Of a DNA stretch of 64,000 bases, positions 20,113 to 30,013 are shown one piece after another. The notes beneath the pieces were generated by a model that made no database searches, was not told the DNA's origin, and saw nothing but the letters and a program-made list of their open reading frames with translations. Numbering within the stretch: the stretch's first letter is position 1; every line of letters begins with the position of its first letter. This stretch comes from Candidatus Dojkabacteria bacterium (GTDB taxonomy: Bacteria > Patescibacteriota > Dojkabacteria > J137): contig JBDTVZ010000003.1 of the NCBI GenBank assembly GCA_040006935.1, forward strand, positions 139,988-203,987, in the 5' to 3' direction. A program made the translations under genes and the position numbers.

Positions 20113-20736
20113 TTATTTAAACATTCCTTTACTCACAGCTTCATCTCTTATTGTAGTATATAGCTTCGTTATAATCTCTGAAAACTCATGTCGTGGAAGT
20201 TGCCTTGAATCTAACGCCTCTACAGTTCCATGTTCTCCGTCATCGGCTACATTTTTCCACCCTACTTCGTGAAAAGTTCTGTGTAAAACAGGATCTAATC
20301 GATCAATTGATTTAGCTATCATAGCTTCTACGCTTTCTCTTTTCTCACATTCTTCCCATAAATTTCTAAATTCATCTTTAAGGTCATCAGGTAAAAGATT
20401 GGTCATTTCATAAAAAGCAGCTCTTTCTTTTTCTTCCTTATCAACTCTTGCAGATGTATCCCAGGTCTTAGTATCACCAGTCTCAATCTCAGCCATATCG
20501 TGGATAATTGCCATTTTAATCATTTTCAATTGATCTATCTTTAAAGCTAATTCTTTTTCCAGCCTGGAAGCAAATAGCATGCAGATTAAAGCTACTGACC
20601 AAGAATGCTCAGCATCGTTTTCGAATGATCCGTCAGGTTTTGGAGTAAATCTATATGTGGTTTGAAGTTTACGAGCAATACGTAAGAATTCAATTATTTT
20701 AGAAATGTCAGAGCCTAATAATTCTAGACCTTCCAT
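20113..20736 (-). CDS. HD-domain hydrolase (HD_3/YfbR-like)
   Basis: ENDAEHSW, IIHDMAEIETGD, KSIDRLDP. Confidence 0.88.
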   Translation of the reverse strand: MEGLELLGSDISKIIEFLRIARKLQTTYRFTPKPDGSFENDAEHSWSVALICMLFASRLEKELALKIDQLKMIKMAIIHDMAEIETGDTKTWDTSARVDKEEKERAAFYEMTNLLPDDLKDEFRNLWEECEKRESVEAMIAKSIDRLDPVLHRTFHEVGWKNVADDGEHGTVEALDSRQLPRHEFSEIITKLYTTIRDEAVSKGMFK

Positions 20737-21828
20737 TTATTTATTCTCTTTTACAATCTCAACTAATTTCTTAATTCCATTATTCCTTGTCATGAAAGTT
20801 CTCAATTGTTCTCTCATTGCAGGATTCCCTTTGTATTGTACTTTCAATACCTTATCCTCAACTTTTTCAATTTCTTTTTCCATATCTTCCTCTGTCGGGA
20901 TTAATTTTTCCTGAACAGCAAGGTTAATCGAAAGAATATCTGTGAAAGCCCCTTTAGTGATATCAGCTTCCCATTCTTTTTTAATATCATCCATTGATTT
21001 ATTCTGTGTCTTTAAGTATGTATCTAATTCCAGATTTATCTTTTTAAGTCTATCCTCAAAAGCGTGTTCTCTTCTATGTAACTCTTCGTGAACTAAATCT
21101 GAAGGAACTTCAAAATCTATAACTTTCATAGCTTCATCTAAAACTTTACTAGTAAATTCCTCCTCAGCTTGATTATCTTTTACTTCCTGTAAACTTTCTT
21201 TTACCTTACTTTTTAAACCCTCAACTGTCTTTTCATCTTCGTAGCCAAGTTCCACCACAAGTTCATCAGTAATTTCAAATGGCTTTACTTCTGACTTCGC
21301 TGAAGCTTCGTCAGATAAATCCTTATTCTTTTCATTTTTCTCATTCTTGCTCTCCCACTTCTCTTTTGGTAAAGTCGATTGAATAATGTTTCTAATTACC
21401 ATATCAACTTCTACATCTGTAACTGCTTCTTTCTTTACTGCAACTTTAATTTTTTTTAAATCTGAAATTTTGATTTCTGGAGAGTTAAATATTGAGAAAT
21501 TAAATGTGATGGATCCGTCTTTATTAAAATCTTTAAAATCATATTGAACTTTTGAAATTGGATTTAATTTTTCTTCGCTTAAAACTTCAAAGGCAACTTC
21601 TGGAAGAATTCTATTTACAGTCTCATTTAAGACGTCCATTGCAATTTTCCCCTCAATCATCTCTTTTGGAGCTTTCCCTGGTCTGAAACCCGGGACTTTA
21701 ACGTTTTTAGCTAGGTTATTAAACACTTTGGTCTGAACTTCCTTTTGATAAGTCTCTTTTACTGTTACTTCAAAAGTATAGTGATTTTTATGTTGATCAA
21801 TTTTCTTATATGAATATTTATCTGACAT
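20737..21828 (-). CDS. tig: Trigger factor lacking most of the PPIase domain
   Basis: VPGFRPGKAP ribosome-binding signature; C-terminal chaperone domain; 363 aa. Confidence 0.9.
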   Translation of the reverse strand: MSDKYSYKKIDQHKNHYTFEVTVKETYQKEVQTKVFNNLAKNVKVPGFRPGKAPKEMIEGKIAMDVLNETVNRILPEVAFEVLSEEKLNPISKVQYDFKDFNKDGSITFNFSIFNSPEIKISDLKKIKVAVKKEAVTDVEVDMVIRNIIQSTLPKEKWESKNEKNEKNKDLSDEASAKSEVKPFEITDELVVELGYEDEKTVEGLKSKVKESLQEVKDNQAEEEFTSKVLDEAMKVIDFEVPSDLVHEELHRREHAFEDRLKKINLELDTYLKTQNKSMDDIKKEWEADITKGAFTDILSINLAVQEKLIPTEEDMEKEIEKVEDKVLKVQYKGNPAMREQLRTFMTRNNGIKKLVEIVKENK

Positions 21829-21837
21829 TACATTTTA

Positions 21838-22215
21838 TTAATAAGTATCTATATCATCGCCGTCTCCGTATGGATTATCCATATCGAAATCTTCTTTGTC
21901 TAAATAAGGATCTTCATCCTTCATATTTACCTCTTCATCAACCCATTCCCCATCTTCATCCTCATCTGCTTCTGATGTTGGCAACTTTTTTACTACAACT
22001 TCCTCGGCTGCATCATTATCCGAAACCTGTATCTCACCCATTGTATAAGTAGTGTCATCATCTTCCTCAGGGGAAACTTCTGTGGGATAACCATCGTCAC
22101 CCATTATAGGTTCATCACTAATTATGGGATCTAACACAACATCCTCATCTGTCGAAGATTTTTTTATTTTCTTTGCACTTTTTGCTAGGTCAGTATTTAA
22201 TTTTGATTTAGCCAT
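21838..22215 (-). CDS. Hypothetical protein, basic N-terminus and very acidic tail
   Basis: ORF 10 nt upstream of tig with its own promoter; D/E-rich. Confidence 0.75.
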   Translation of the reverse strand: MAKSKLNTDLAKSAKKIKKSSTDEDVVLDPIISDEPIMGDDGYPTEVSPEEDDDTTYTMGEIQVSDNDAAEEVVVKKLPTSEADEDEDGEWVDEEVNMKDEDPYLDKEDFDMDNPYGDGDDIDTY

Positions 22216-22247
22216 AATACTTTAGTTAATAAATAACTAGGTTTCAA

Positions 22248-22275
22248 AATATAACATAGATACGTCCTTTGTCAA
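22248..22275 (-). promoter_or_regulatory. Putative sigma70 promoter for acidic protein-tig-HD operon
   Basis: TTGACA-N16-TATATT with TGn extension on minus strand. Confidence 0.55.
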
Positions 22276-22289
22276 TACCCAAGGAGCTT

Positions 22290-23369
22290 CTAATATTCTT
22301 TAATGATACTCTCGGCGCAATGTTCCCAGGAAAATTTTTCTAGAAAATCCTCCTTAGGTTTCTTCTTCTTTATTTCGATTAATTCCTTCATTTTCATATA
22401 AATATCCCAATAATCATTCTGATCTGCATAAAGTGCATTCTCACCCATAACTTCTTTTAATACTTTTATATCACTACACAGAACCGGTAAACCTCTTGCA
22501 TATGCCTCGATTGGTGGAATCCCAAATCCTTCGTAAAAACTACAATACATAAATCCTCGTGCAAGGTCGAAAATATACGGAAGTTCTTCCTCAGGTACAT
22601 ATCCTGTAAAAATCACTTTGTCTTCCAGCCCAAATCTCTCTACCATTTCGAAGATTTCTTCATAATACCACCCTTTTTTCCCAACAATAACATAGCACAT
22701 ATCTGGCTCTTCTCTGCTTAATTCTGTAAATGCTCTAATCATTCGCAAGTGGTTCTTCCTAGGTTCTAGAGTACTCACACTTAATAGAAACTTTTTTGGG
22801 AGATTATATTTCCTTATAACTTTCTCTTGTTCTGAAATATTTTTAGGCTCAAAAGTCCATTTATGGAGGCCAGCTCCGGCAATAAAAATCTTCGATTGGG
22901 AAAATCTAGCATATTCGATTAATTCATCTCTAATTGTATTACACAATAAACTAATTTTGTAAGCTCTTCTTAATGCTAAATCAAGAAGAATTCTATACAT
23001 AAAACCAGCCTTCCGGCTAAAATATTGGGGGAATTTAATTGGCGCAAGATCATGGACCATTTGTATTGTCTTTGGGAAAAATATCGCAAAAGCAAAATTA
23101 GATGGAGAAATAAGCAAATCATACTTTTCTTCTTTAAGCATTCTAGAAACCTTCCAAATCCACTTGAAACCACCTCTTCCATCTACTATTTCTAGAACTT
23201 TAAAATTTTTTCGAAGATCTTTAAATTCCAGATTTTTCTTATTATTAGTTATTAATGTATACTCATTGATTTCATCAACTTTACTAAGTGCTTCTACAAT
23301 GCTCTGCGCGTAATAACCAATTCCTGCCTTAGTTGTAGTTATCATTGAGATATCGATAGCTATTTTCAT
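22290..23369 (-). CDS. GT4 glycosyltransferase
   Basis: STLEPRKN, SFYEGFGIPPIEA. Confidence 0.92.
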   Translation of the reverse strand: MKIAIDISMITTTKAGIGYYAQSIVEALSKVDEINEYTLITNNKKNLEFKDLRKNFKVLEIVDGRGGFKWIWKVSRMLKEEKYDLLISPSNFAFAIFFPKTIQMVHDLAPIKFPQYFSRKAGFMYRILLDLALRRAYKISLLCNTIRDELIEYARFSQSKIFIAGAGLHKWTFEPKNISEQEKVIRKYNLPKKFLLSVSTLEPRKNHLRMIRAFTELSREEPDMCYVIVGKKGWYYEEIFEMVERFGLEDKVIFTGYVPEEELPYIFDLARGFMYCSFYEGFGIPPIEAYARGLPVLCSDIKVLKEVMGENALYADQNDYWDIYMKMKELIEIKKKKPKEDFLEKFSWEHCAESIIKEY

Positions 23370-23412
23370 ATGATATACTGCTACTGCAAAATTAAGACTA
23401 AAAACCGAATAA

Positions 23413-24516
23413 ATGATTAATCAAATTTCGTTAAAAAACTTCAGGAACCTTGACCTGGAAAGCATAAAGCTTTCACCTCAATCAAACGTCATTATAGCAC
23501 CAAACGGAAGTGGTAAAACCAACTTTATTGAATCAATTTACTTTCTTGTATTGGGAAAATCATTTAAACCAGTGGAGAATAATATCCAACTAATCGGACC
23601 AAAGGAAAAGTTTTTCAGAATAAATCTAGAGGCCGAAAATAATGATTCTTACGAGCTTGTTATATCTAACGAAGATAATAGATTTACAAGAAAACTAAGC
23701 TTAAATACAAAAAAAATTCCAGTTTCTAAAATTCTCGATCGCTTACCAATATTGTTATTCGCTCCAAATTCAGTTGACCTTGTGGCCAATGAGCCAGGAC
23801 TTCGCAGAGATGATTTGGATAATTATTTATCTATGATCGACTCCACATATCGACAAAATACCGAGTCATATCAAAAAGTTCTCAAAAATAGAAATGTTTT
23901 AATTAAAATGATTAGAGAAGGAAAATCCTCCAGAAATGAACTCTCCTTCTGGACAAACAAAATCGCAGATTTAGCAGATTATATTTTCAAAACTAGATTG
24001 AAATTTTTTAAAGAAATTAATGAATTCCTAGATGAAACCGTAATTCAAATGAAGATTCTGGATTTAGAAACTAAGATCACAAGCCTTTATATAGAATACA
24101 AGCCCAACTTAGAAAGTGAAATAGAATCGTTCAAATTAAATCTTCTCAATAAATATGAGGAAAATATAGATAAAGAAATAATTGTAGGTAAAACACTATA
24201 CGGTACTCATAAAGATGACTTTAGCATTTTAATGAATGGAGAAAATCTCAGATTCTATGGTTCGAGAGGTCAACAAAGGCTTGGGGTTCTTCTTTTCAAG
24301 TTAAGCCAATCCAATCACTATTTCAGTCTTAAAAGTACAAAACCATTATTCTTAATCGATGACTTGATGAGTGAATTAGATGATTTTAATAGAGTTTTGG
24401 CTGCGGACTTGGTCTTAGGGAGTGGAAATCAATTTATCCTAACTTCAGCGGACGAAGATGAAGTTCCAGAAAAACTACAAAGTATTTCAAACTTGATTAA
24501 ATTAAAGCAAAGCTAA
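23413..24516 (+). CDS. recF: DNA replication/repair protein RecF
   Basis: NFRN, APNGSGKTN, GTHKDD, GSRGQQR, LIDDLMSELD. Confidence 0.93.
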   Translation: MINQISLKNFRNLDLESIKLSPQSNVIIAPNGSGKTNFIESIYFLVLGKSFKPVENNIQLIGPKEKFFRINLEAENNDSYELVISNEDNRFTRKLSLNTKKIPVSKILDRLPILLFAPNSVDLVANEPGLRRDDLDNYLSMIDSTYRQNTESYQKVLKNRNVLIKMIREGKSSRNELSFWTNKIADLADYIFKTRLKFFKEINEFLDETVIQMKILDLETKITSLYIEYKPNLESEIESFKLNLLNKYEENIDKEIIVGKTLYGTHKDDFSILMNGENLRFYGSRGQQRLGVLLFKLSQSNHYFSLKSTKPLFLIDDLMSELDDFNRVLAADLVLGSGNQFILTSADEDEVPEKLQSISNLIKLKQS

Positions 24517-24697
24517 ATATGGACCGTTGAAAGTTTTGTGTGCTTGTCCAACGGTAAAAATCCCTCGGCACTTCGTGCCACTCCCTTTTCAAAGGGAGAT
24601 TTCGCAATTCCTCCTTTTAAGGAGGTGGCCAGCTTTAGCTGGACGAAGGATGTTTACCGCACCGAAAGCAAGTCATAGACTTTGTGCGGTCCATATT
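24516..24697. repeat. ~180-nt MITE/REP-like foldback element
   Basis: Perfect 11-bp terminal IR AATATGGACCG/CGGTCCATATT; inner CGGTAAA/TTTACCG; apical hairpins. Confidence 0.65.
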
Positions 24698-24714
24698 AGA
24701 ATTATTTTTAGGAA

Positions 24715-25086
24715 TTAGTCTTCAGGAAATAGGATGTTGAAATCCTTAATATTCTTAACTTCTTTCAAAGCGATAAGAGCGTCTAAAATCTCATTATTGT
24801 CTAAGATTTCTGCATTGGTATATTTTCTCATTTCTGAATTTGAAATATCAGTTTTGATTACAGCTTTCCTACCGGCTAAAACTCCTTCTGAAGGTGAGTT
24901 TAGAAACATGACGTAGCTGTTACCACAATTGTGGCAATCTAATCTACAAGAAATTCCATTAGGATCCTGATTGATTATTTCAACATCATTTTTATTATGT
25001 TTAGCACCACATTTATCACAAAAATTTGGGATAAGCGCAGTTAGTTGCTGTGTTAATTGTGAGTTATTTGCATTTCTTGGTGGCAT
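24715..25086 (-). CDS. Hypothetical Zn-ribbon protein
   Basis: CDKC...CHNC; probable start MPPRN. Confidence 0.7.
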   Translation of the reverse strand: MPPRNANNSQLTQQLTALIPNFCDKCGAKHNKNDVEIINQDPNGISCRLDCHNCGNSYVMFLNSPSEGVLAGRKAVIKTDISNSEMRKYTNAEILDNNEILDALIALKEVKNIKDFNILFPED

Positions 25087-25153
25087 AGTTTTATTTAAAA
25101 AAATAAATCTTAGCACTTTAATTATATACCTGCTAATAGCTATTTGGCAATAA

Positions 25154-25528
25154 TTAAATTTGTATGTATTCGAAATGCTCTATTTTAGACGTCTTATTTG
25201 GGTATGTTTGAATTGCCACAAAATCTACTCTCCACGGTTCTGATTTTAAATTATTTTTTAAAAGCCATTTATCGATTGTTTTCCTTAGGAAATATTTCTT
25301 TCTCTTCGTTAAAGATTGGTATACAGAGAAGGGAGAAAACACATTTAAACTTTTTACTTCTATAAATACGTAAAATCCGTCAAAGCTCATAATTAAATCA
25401 ATCTCTCCGCCTTTTACAGTAAAGTTCTTCTCAATTAATGTAAAACCTTTCTTTTGAAGAAATTTTAAAGCTAAATCCTCGGAATCTCTACCCTTTTCTC
25501 TATTTGAGACAGGGTTTTGCAAATTCAT
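25154..25528 (-). CDS. yraN: YraN family (UPF0102) nuclease-fold protein
   Basis: GRDSEDLALKFL, GGEIDLI, VFIEVK, RVDFVAI. Confidence 0.9.
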   Translation of the reverse strand: MNLQNPVSNREKGRDSEDLALKFLQKKGFTLIEKNFTVKGGEIDLIMSFDGFYVFIEVKSLNVFSPFSVYQSLTKRKKYFLRKTIDKWLLKNNLKSEPWRVDFVAIQTYPNKTSKIEHFEYIQI

Positions 25529-25540
25529 TTAAGAAGTGGA

Positions 25541-25930
25541 TTAACGCTTTGAATATTGCTCTGCTCTTCTTGCCTTTCTCAAACCTGGTTTCTTTCTTTC
25601 AACCATTCTAGGGTCTCGAGTAATAAGTTTAGCAAGTTTAAGCTGTTTCTTTTTCTCTGGGAACATTTTTGCAATTGCTCTAGAAATAGCATGTTGAACG
25701 GCTTCTAGTTGTGAGTATTTCCCACCACCAACTACTTTAGCAGTGAATGAGTAGGACTTAGGGTCCAAATCAGTTGCCTTAAATGGAACATCTAGTTTCA
25801 TTTGGTCAACATCATGAACATAAAGTTTATCAACGGGTTTTTCGTTAATTTGGTTTGTTCCAGCCTTCTTATACAATCTCAAAGTTGCTACTGATGTTTT
25901 TCTTCTTCCTATTGTGTAAATGTATTCCAT
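25541..25930 (-). CDS. rpsI: 30S ribosomal protein S9
   Basis: GRRKTSVA, RDPRMVERKKPG, QYSKR. Confidence 0.98.
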   Translation of the reverse strand: MEYIYTIGRRKTSVATLRLYKKAGTNQINEKPVDKLYVHDVDQMKLDVPFKATDLDPKSYSFTAKVVGGGKYSQLEAVQHAISRAIAKMFPEKKKQLKLAKLITRDPRMVERKKPGLRKARRAEQYSKR

Positions 25931-25949
25931 ATTCTTAATTTATTTAATA

Positions 25950-26396
25950 TTAAATTGATAATTTCTTTACATCTAAAGGAGTTGGGTTCTGAGCTTCGTG
26001 AATGTGCTCTGCTCCACTGTAAATCTTAAGATTAGCCATCATTTTATCGGCTTGCTTTGTTCTTGGAAGCATTCCTCTTATTGCATTTTCTAATGGTCGT
26101 CCAGGAAATTTTCTCATCACTTCATCTAAACTCTGAAACTTTAATCCACCGGCAAATCCAGAATAACTTTTATAAAATTTAGTCATTCCTCGTTTTGGAG
26201 TGTAGTCTAGTTTAGCTGCGTTTATAACTACAACTTTAGTTTTTGGTTCGTGATAATCCCTTACTAATTTATCCATTTTACCTTGTAGAATTTCTGCAAC
26301 TTTCGAAGCAACTATTCCTATTCTTTTTCCTTGTGCATCTACGATGTACCAATTCTCTTTAATGTCTTTTTGTGATACTGAACTTGTCTTTTTCAT
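25950..26396 (-). CDS. rplM: 50S ribosomal protein L13
   Basis: WYIVDA, VVVINA, AIRGMLP, HEAQNP. Confidence 0.97.
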   Translation of the reverse strand: MKKTSSVSQKDIKENWYIVDAQGKRIGIVASKVAEILQGKMDKLVRDYHEPKTKVVVINAAKLDYTPKRGMTKFYKSYSGFAGGLKFQSLDEVMRKFPGRPLENAIRGMLPRTKQADKMMANLKIYSGAEHIHEAQNPTPLDVKKLSI

Positions 26397-26414
26397 CTTA
26401 TTTTATATTTTTAA

Positions 26415-26897
26415 TTATTTAGATTTGGTTACCTTTGAAACTGCTTTTTTCACTCTGCCAGCAACTGACTTCTTATCTTCTTTCTTCTTTTTCTGATCCA
26501 ACATTTTCTCTACCTCAGATTTCTTCCCTTTCTCTGAGTAGTTAACAAGCATTATATAAGCTTGCTCTGCATTATCTCCTTTTCTAGGTAAAGTCTTGAT
26601 TACTCTTGTGTATCCAGAATTTCTGTCTTGGCATTTTGTTTCTACAACTGTGTAGAATCTTTCAATTGCTCTATCGTTAGAAGCAAAGAAATTCGTTACC
26701 ATTTGCTTCCCACTTACAGTATTTCTTTTTGCATGTGTTACCAGTCTATCAAACTGAGATTTCACAATCTTAGCTTTACTAGGAGTAGTTTTAATTTTCT
26801 CTGCAATAACCAAGTCTAATACTAAGGATCTAACAAGAGCATCTTTATGAGCTGTTGTTTTGCCTTGCATTCTGTTTTTTTTGATTCCTTTCTTCAT
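26415..26897 (-). CDS. rplQ: 50S ribosomal protein L17 with Lys-rich C-terminal extension
   Basis: IKTTPSKAK, RNSGYTRVIK, RKGDNA. Confidence 0.95.
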   Translation of the reverse strand: MKKGIKKNRMQGKTTAHKDALVRSLVLDLVIAEKIKTTPSKAKIVKSQFDRLVTHAKRNTVSGKQMVTNFFASNDRAIERFYTVVETKCQDRNSGYTRVIKTLPRKGDNAEQAYIMLVNYSEKGKKSEVEKMLDQKKKKEDKKSVAGRVKKAVSKVTKSK

Positions 26898-27865
26898 TAT
26901 ACTAATTTAATACTATATTTCTTTAATACATCAAGTAATTCTAAGTAAGACTTGCTTCCCATTCCTCTAATACTTGCAACTTCTTCCTCTGTAAGTCCTT
27001 CAAGTTTTCTAAGATTATCGTAATTTGATTTTAGTAAAGCATTCGTTAATCTTGTTGATAGGTTTAAATCTACAACTTTAATTGGAGCTTCCTTTACAAC
27101 AACTTTAGCCTGCTCTTCTTGTTCTTTTTGTAAAGCATTAACGGCAATAGTTACTTCCTTTCCAGTTAGCATTTGCTCTGTTTGAGTAATCAAGTGGCTA
27201 GTCATTTGATTTAGAATATCTGATGCAACATGAAGTGCCTCTACAGCAGTTACTGCTCCATTTGTTTCAATAACTAAGTCTAATTGATCCAGTTCAGTTT
27301 CTCTACCAACTCTCGCTGGGGAGATTGAATAAGTTACAAGCTTTACTGGTGAGTAGTTAGCATCAAGCGGTAACACTCCTAGCTCTTTTCGCATTTCTTC
27401 CTTAGGAAGAGAATAACCAACTCCTCTTTCGATTGTTAATTGAGCTTTAAATTTAGCTTTTGCGCTTGTTAGTCTTGTAATTACATATTCAGGATTAATA
27501 ACCTCAATATTTTGATTCTTCTCGATATCGCCAGCAGTTACTTCTACAACCTGCCCGTTTTTTCCGTTAATATTGATCTCTACTGTCACTGGCTCTAAAG
27601 ATTTAGAAACTACAACAACATTTTTTAAAGCAAGGGCAACTGTTAAGATATCATCACTTAATCCTTCCATAGAAGTATATTCATGATCGACACCATCGAT
27701 TTTCACTGCAGTGATTGCAGATCCAGGGATACTAGATAACAATGTCCTTCTTAAGAATGTCCCCAATGTACTTCCGTAACCATATGGCAAAGGTCCAATT
27801 TGGAACGTTACGGAATTATTTTCTCCTTGTACCTTTTTTATATTGAACTGTTTAAGTGAAATCAT
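26897..27865 (-). CDS. rpoA: RNA polymerase alpha subunit
   Basis: PLPYGYGSTLG, LRRTLLSSIPG, LNLSTRLTNAL. Confidence 0.98.
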   Translation of the reverse strand: MISLKQFNIKKVQGENNSVTFQIGPLPYGYGSTLGTFLRRTLLSSIPGSAITAVKIDGVDHEYTSMEGLSDDILTVALALKNVVVVSKSLEPVTVEININGKNGQVVEVTAGDIEKNQNIEVINPEYVITRLTSAKAKFKAQLTIERGVGYSLPKEEMRKELGVLPLDANYSPVKLVTYSISPARVGRETELDQLDLVIETNGAVTAVEALHVASDILNQMTSHLITQTEQMLTGKEVTIAVNALQKEQEEQAKVVVKEAPIKVVDLNLSTRLTNALLKSNYDNLRKLEGLTEEEVASIRGMGSKSYLELLDVLKKYSIKLV

Positions 27866-27892
27866 AGAATCTTTTTAATTAAGAGTTAATTA

Positions 27893-28492
27893 TTATCTAG
27901 AGTAAAGTTCAATTATTAATCTTTCTTTAATTGTCTTGTCCATGTCATCTCTAACAGGGTCATTTTTTACTTTACCGCCTTTTTCTAATTTAGTTAGCCA
28001 GTTAGGTACTACAGCAGCTTTATTTTGCTCTGTAATTTCTTTCATGTAAGTTGCTGACGATAAATCATCGTTTATTTTAATTTCATCACCAGGTTCTAAA
28101 ACTGTTGAAGGGATATTATGTTTTCTCCCATTAAGAGTAATATGTCCGTGTGTTACAAACTGTCTTGCTTGCCTTCTTGTAGTTGCAAATCCTAATCTAT
28201 AAACTACATTATCTGCTCTAAGCTCTAATAACTGTACAAGTCTCAATGCTGTGTTTCCTGGGGATTTTCTAGCTAATTTATAAAATCTAACAAATTGTGC
28301 TTCATTCAAGCCAAACATTCTCTTAACTTTTTGTTTTTCTCTGAATTGGATAGCGTAATCTGAAGGTCTCTTTTTAAGCACTGGGAATTGACCAGGTAAA
28401 GATGTTCTTCTCTTCCATTTATCGGAAGATCCAAGGACTGTTTCGCCTTCTCTTCTATTTATTCTCCATTTTGCACCTGTATATCTAGACAT
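27893..28492 (-). CDS. rpsD: 30S ribosomal protein S4
   Basis: REKQKVKR, LELRADNVVYRLG, ARQFVTHGH, IIELYSR. Confidence 0.98.
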   Translation of the reverse strand: MSRYTGAKWRINRREGETVLGSSDKWKRRTSLPGQFPVLKKRPSDYAIQFREKQKVKRMFGLNEAQFVRFYKLARKSPGNTALRLVQLLELRADNVVYRLGFATTRRQARQFVTHGHITLNGRKHNIPSTVLEPGDEIKINDDLSSATYMKEITEQNKAAVVPNWLTKLEKGGKVKNDPVRDDMDKTIKERLIIELYSR

Positions 28493-28545
28493 AATTTAAT
28501 TTAATAAATTTATTTATACCCCTTGCATACGCTTGGGACGAACTA

Positions 28546-28959
28546 TTATTTCTTTGGTTTCTTTCTTGGTTTAGTTCCTCCGTGTGGTACAGGAGTTTTA
28601 TCAATTAACGCAGTGATTCTTAATCCTGCTGTTCTAATTCCTTTTACTGCTGCTTGTCTTCCGATTCCAACTCCGTCAACTATAACCTCAGACTCTCTCG
28701 CGCCTTGTTGAACCGCTTTTAATGCAGCATCCTCTCCAGCTTTAGTTGCAGCGTAAGCTGTACTTTTCTTACTCCCTTTGAATCCTACTAATCCACAGCT
28801 TGAATAAGAGATAACATTTCCTGCATAATCTGTAACACTAATAATAGTATTATTATATGTAGAATTTACTCTAACAAGAACCTTTGGAACTGAAACTTTG
28901 TTCTTTTTTTTCTTTACTACTTGTTTATCTACTTTTTTTGCTGCTGCTGATTTAGCCAT
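28546..28959 (-). CDS. rpsK: 30S ribosomal protein S11
   Basis: STYNNTII, GFKGSKKSTAYAA, DKTPVPHGG. Confidence 0.98.
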   Translation of the reverse strand: MAKSAAAKKVDKQVVKKKKNKVSVPKVLVRVNSTYNNTIISVTDYAGNVISYSSCGLVGFKGSKKSTAYAATKAGEDAALKAVQQGARESEVIVDGVGIGRQAAVKGIRTAGLRITALIDKTPVPHGGTKPRKKPKK

Positions 28960-28981
28960 TTACTAATACTTAATTTAAATA

Positions 28982-29362
28982 TTATTTTGTGATTTTAACG
29001 TTTAATCCTCCTACAGGTCTAGCTTTACCTTTTCTAGTACGAGTATTGCTTCTCGTATTTTGACCTCTTACAGTTAGATTCGCCTTGTGTCTCAAGCCTC
29101 TATAGGCTCTAATATCTTTTAATCTTTTAATTGCTTGGAAAACTTTTTGTCTAACTTGTCCTTCTGTGGGAACATTCTTTTCAATGTATCCGTAGATTCT
29201 CTTGATTTCATCGTCTGTAAGCTCTCTTCCTTTTGTATCAGGTTTAACTTTAGTTGCGCCTAAAATTTTTTGTGAAGTTGATAATCCAATACCAAAAATG
29301 TAAGTTAGGCCTATTTCTATCCTCTTGTCATTTGGGATTTCTATACCAGCAATTCTAGCCAC
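28982..29362 (-). CDS. rpsM: 30S ribosomal protein S13
   Basis: ARIAGIEIP, LTYIFGIG, VRGQNTRSNTRTRKG; GTG start. Confidence 0.98.
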   Translation of the reverse strand: MARIAGIEIPNDKRIEIGLTYIFGIGLSTSQKILGATKVKPDTKGRELTDDEIKRIYGYIEKNVPTEGQVRQKVFQAIKRLKDIRAYRGLRHKANLTVRGQNTRSNTRTRKGKARPVGGLNVKITK

Positions 29363-29405
29363 AATATTATAATTAATAATTATATAGAGAAACTTCTCTT
29401 AAGTA

Positions 29406-29558
29406 TTATCCTTGTCTCTGCTTATGTTTAGGGTTTACTTTGCAATAAACATAGTAAGTAGGTCTCATTGAAACCTTTCCTTTAGAAATAACTTTCTTAT
29501 TTCTTTTCACTATGTAGCAATACCTACATCTTTTTTTTATTCCTGATTTTACTTTCAT
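29406..29558 (-). CDS. rpmJ: 50S ribosomal protein L36 (50 aa, internal insertion); not in ORF track
   Basis: Manual translation [50 protein letters not shown]; canonical position between infA and rpsM. Confidence 0.95.
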   Translation of the reverse strand: MKVKSGIKKRCRYCYIVKRNKKVISKGKVSMRPTYYVYCKVNPKHKQRQG

Positions 29559-29646
29559 GTTTTAAAATTCAAATTAGCAAATGCATTTATAACAAATTCC
29601 AGGCTAAATGTAAAGCCTATCGTGCCCACGAGGCACATAATGACTT

Positions 29647-29958
29647 TTAACTGACTACAGCTTCAGGTGCTTTCCTATCTGTTAGTCTGAAAACAATTAT
29701 TCCACTATCTATGTCATAAAGGCTTACTTTAATTCTGACTTTATCTCCTCTCTTAATCTCAATAAACCTATTCCTCATTTTACCTGAAACATAGCAAATT
29801 ACACTATGTTTTAAACCTTTAAAATCAACATCCACTTTATATCTCATTTCCGGGTATACGTGTTCAACAACACCTTCAAGGGTAATTTTGTCATCTTTCT
29901 TGATTTTTTGCTCTTTAACACCTTCCACTGCCGGTTTTTTGTTCATTTTTGTTTTCAT
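29647..29958 (-). CDS. infA: Translation initiation factor IF-1 (extended termini)
   Basis: KITLEGVVEH, VSGKMRNRFIEIKRGDKV, YDIDSGIIVFR. Confidence 0.92.
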   Translation of the reverse strand: MKTKMNKKPAVEGVKEQKIKKDDKITLEGVVEHVYPEMRYKVDVDFKGLKHSVICYVSGKMRNRFIEIKRGDKVRIKVSLYDIDSGIIVFRLTDRKAPEAVVS

Positions 29959-30013
29959 TTTGAAAAGTTCGTGAATTCTACTAAATTAAATTGAATATAT
30001 CAATATGTTATGA

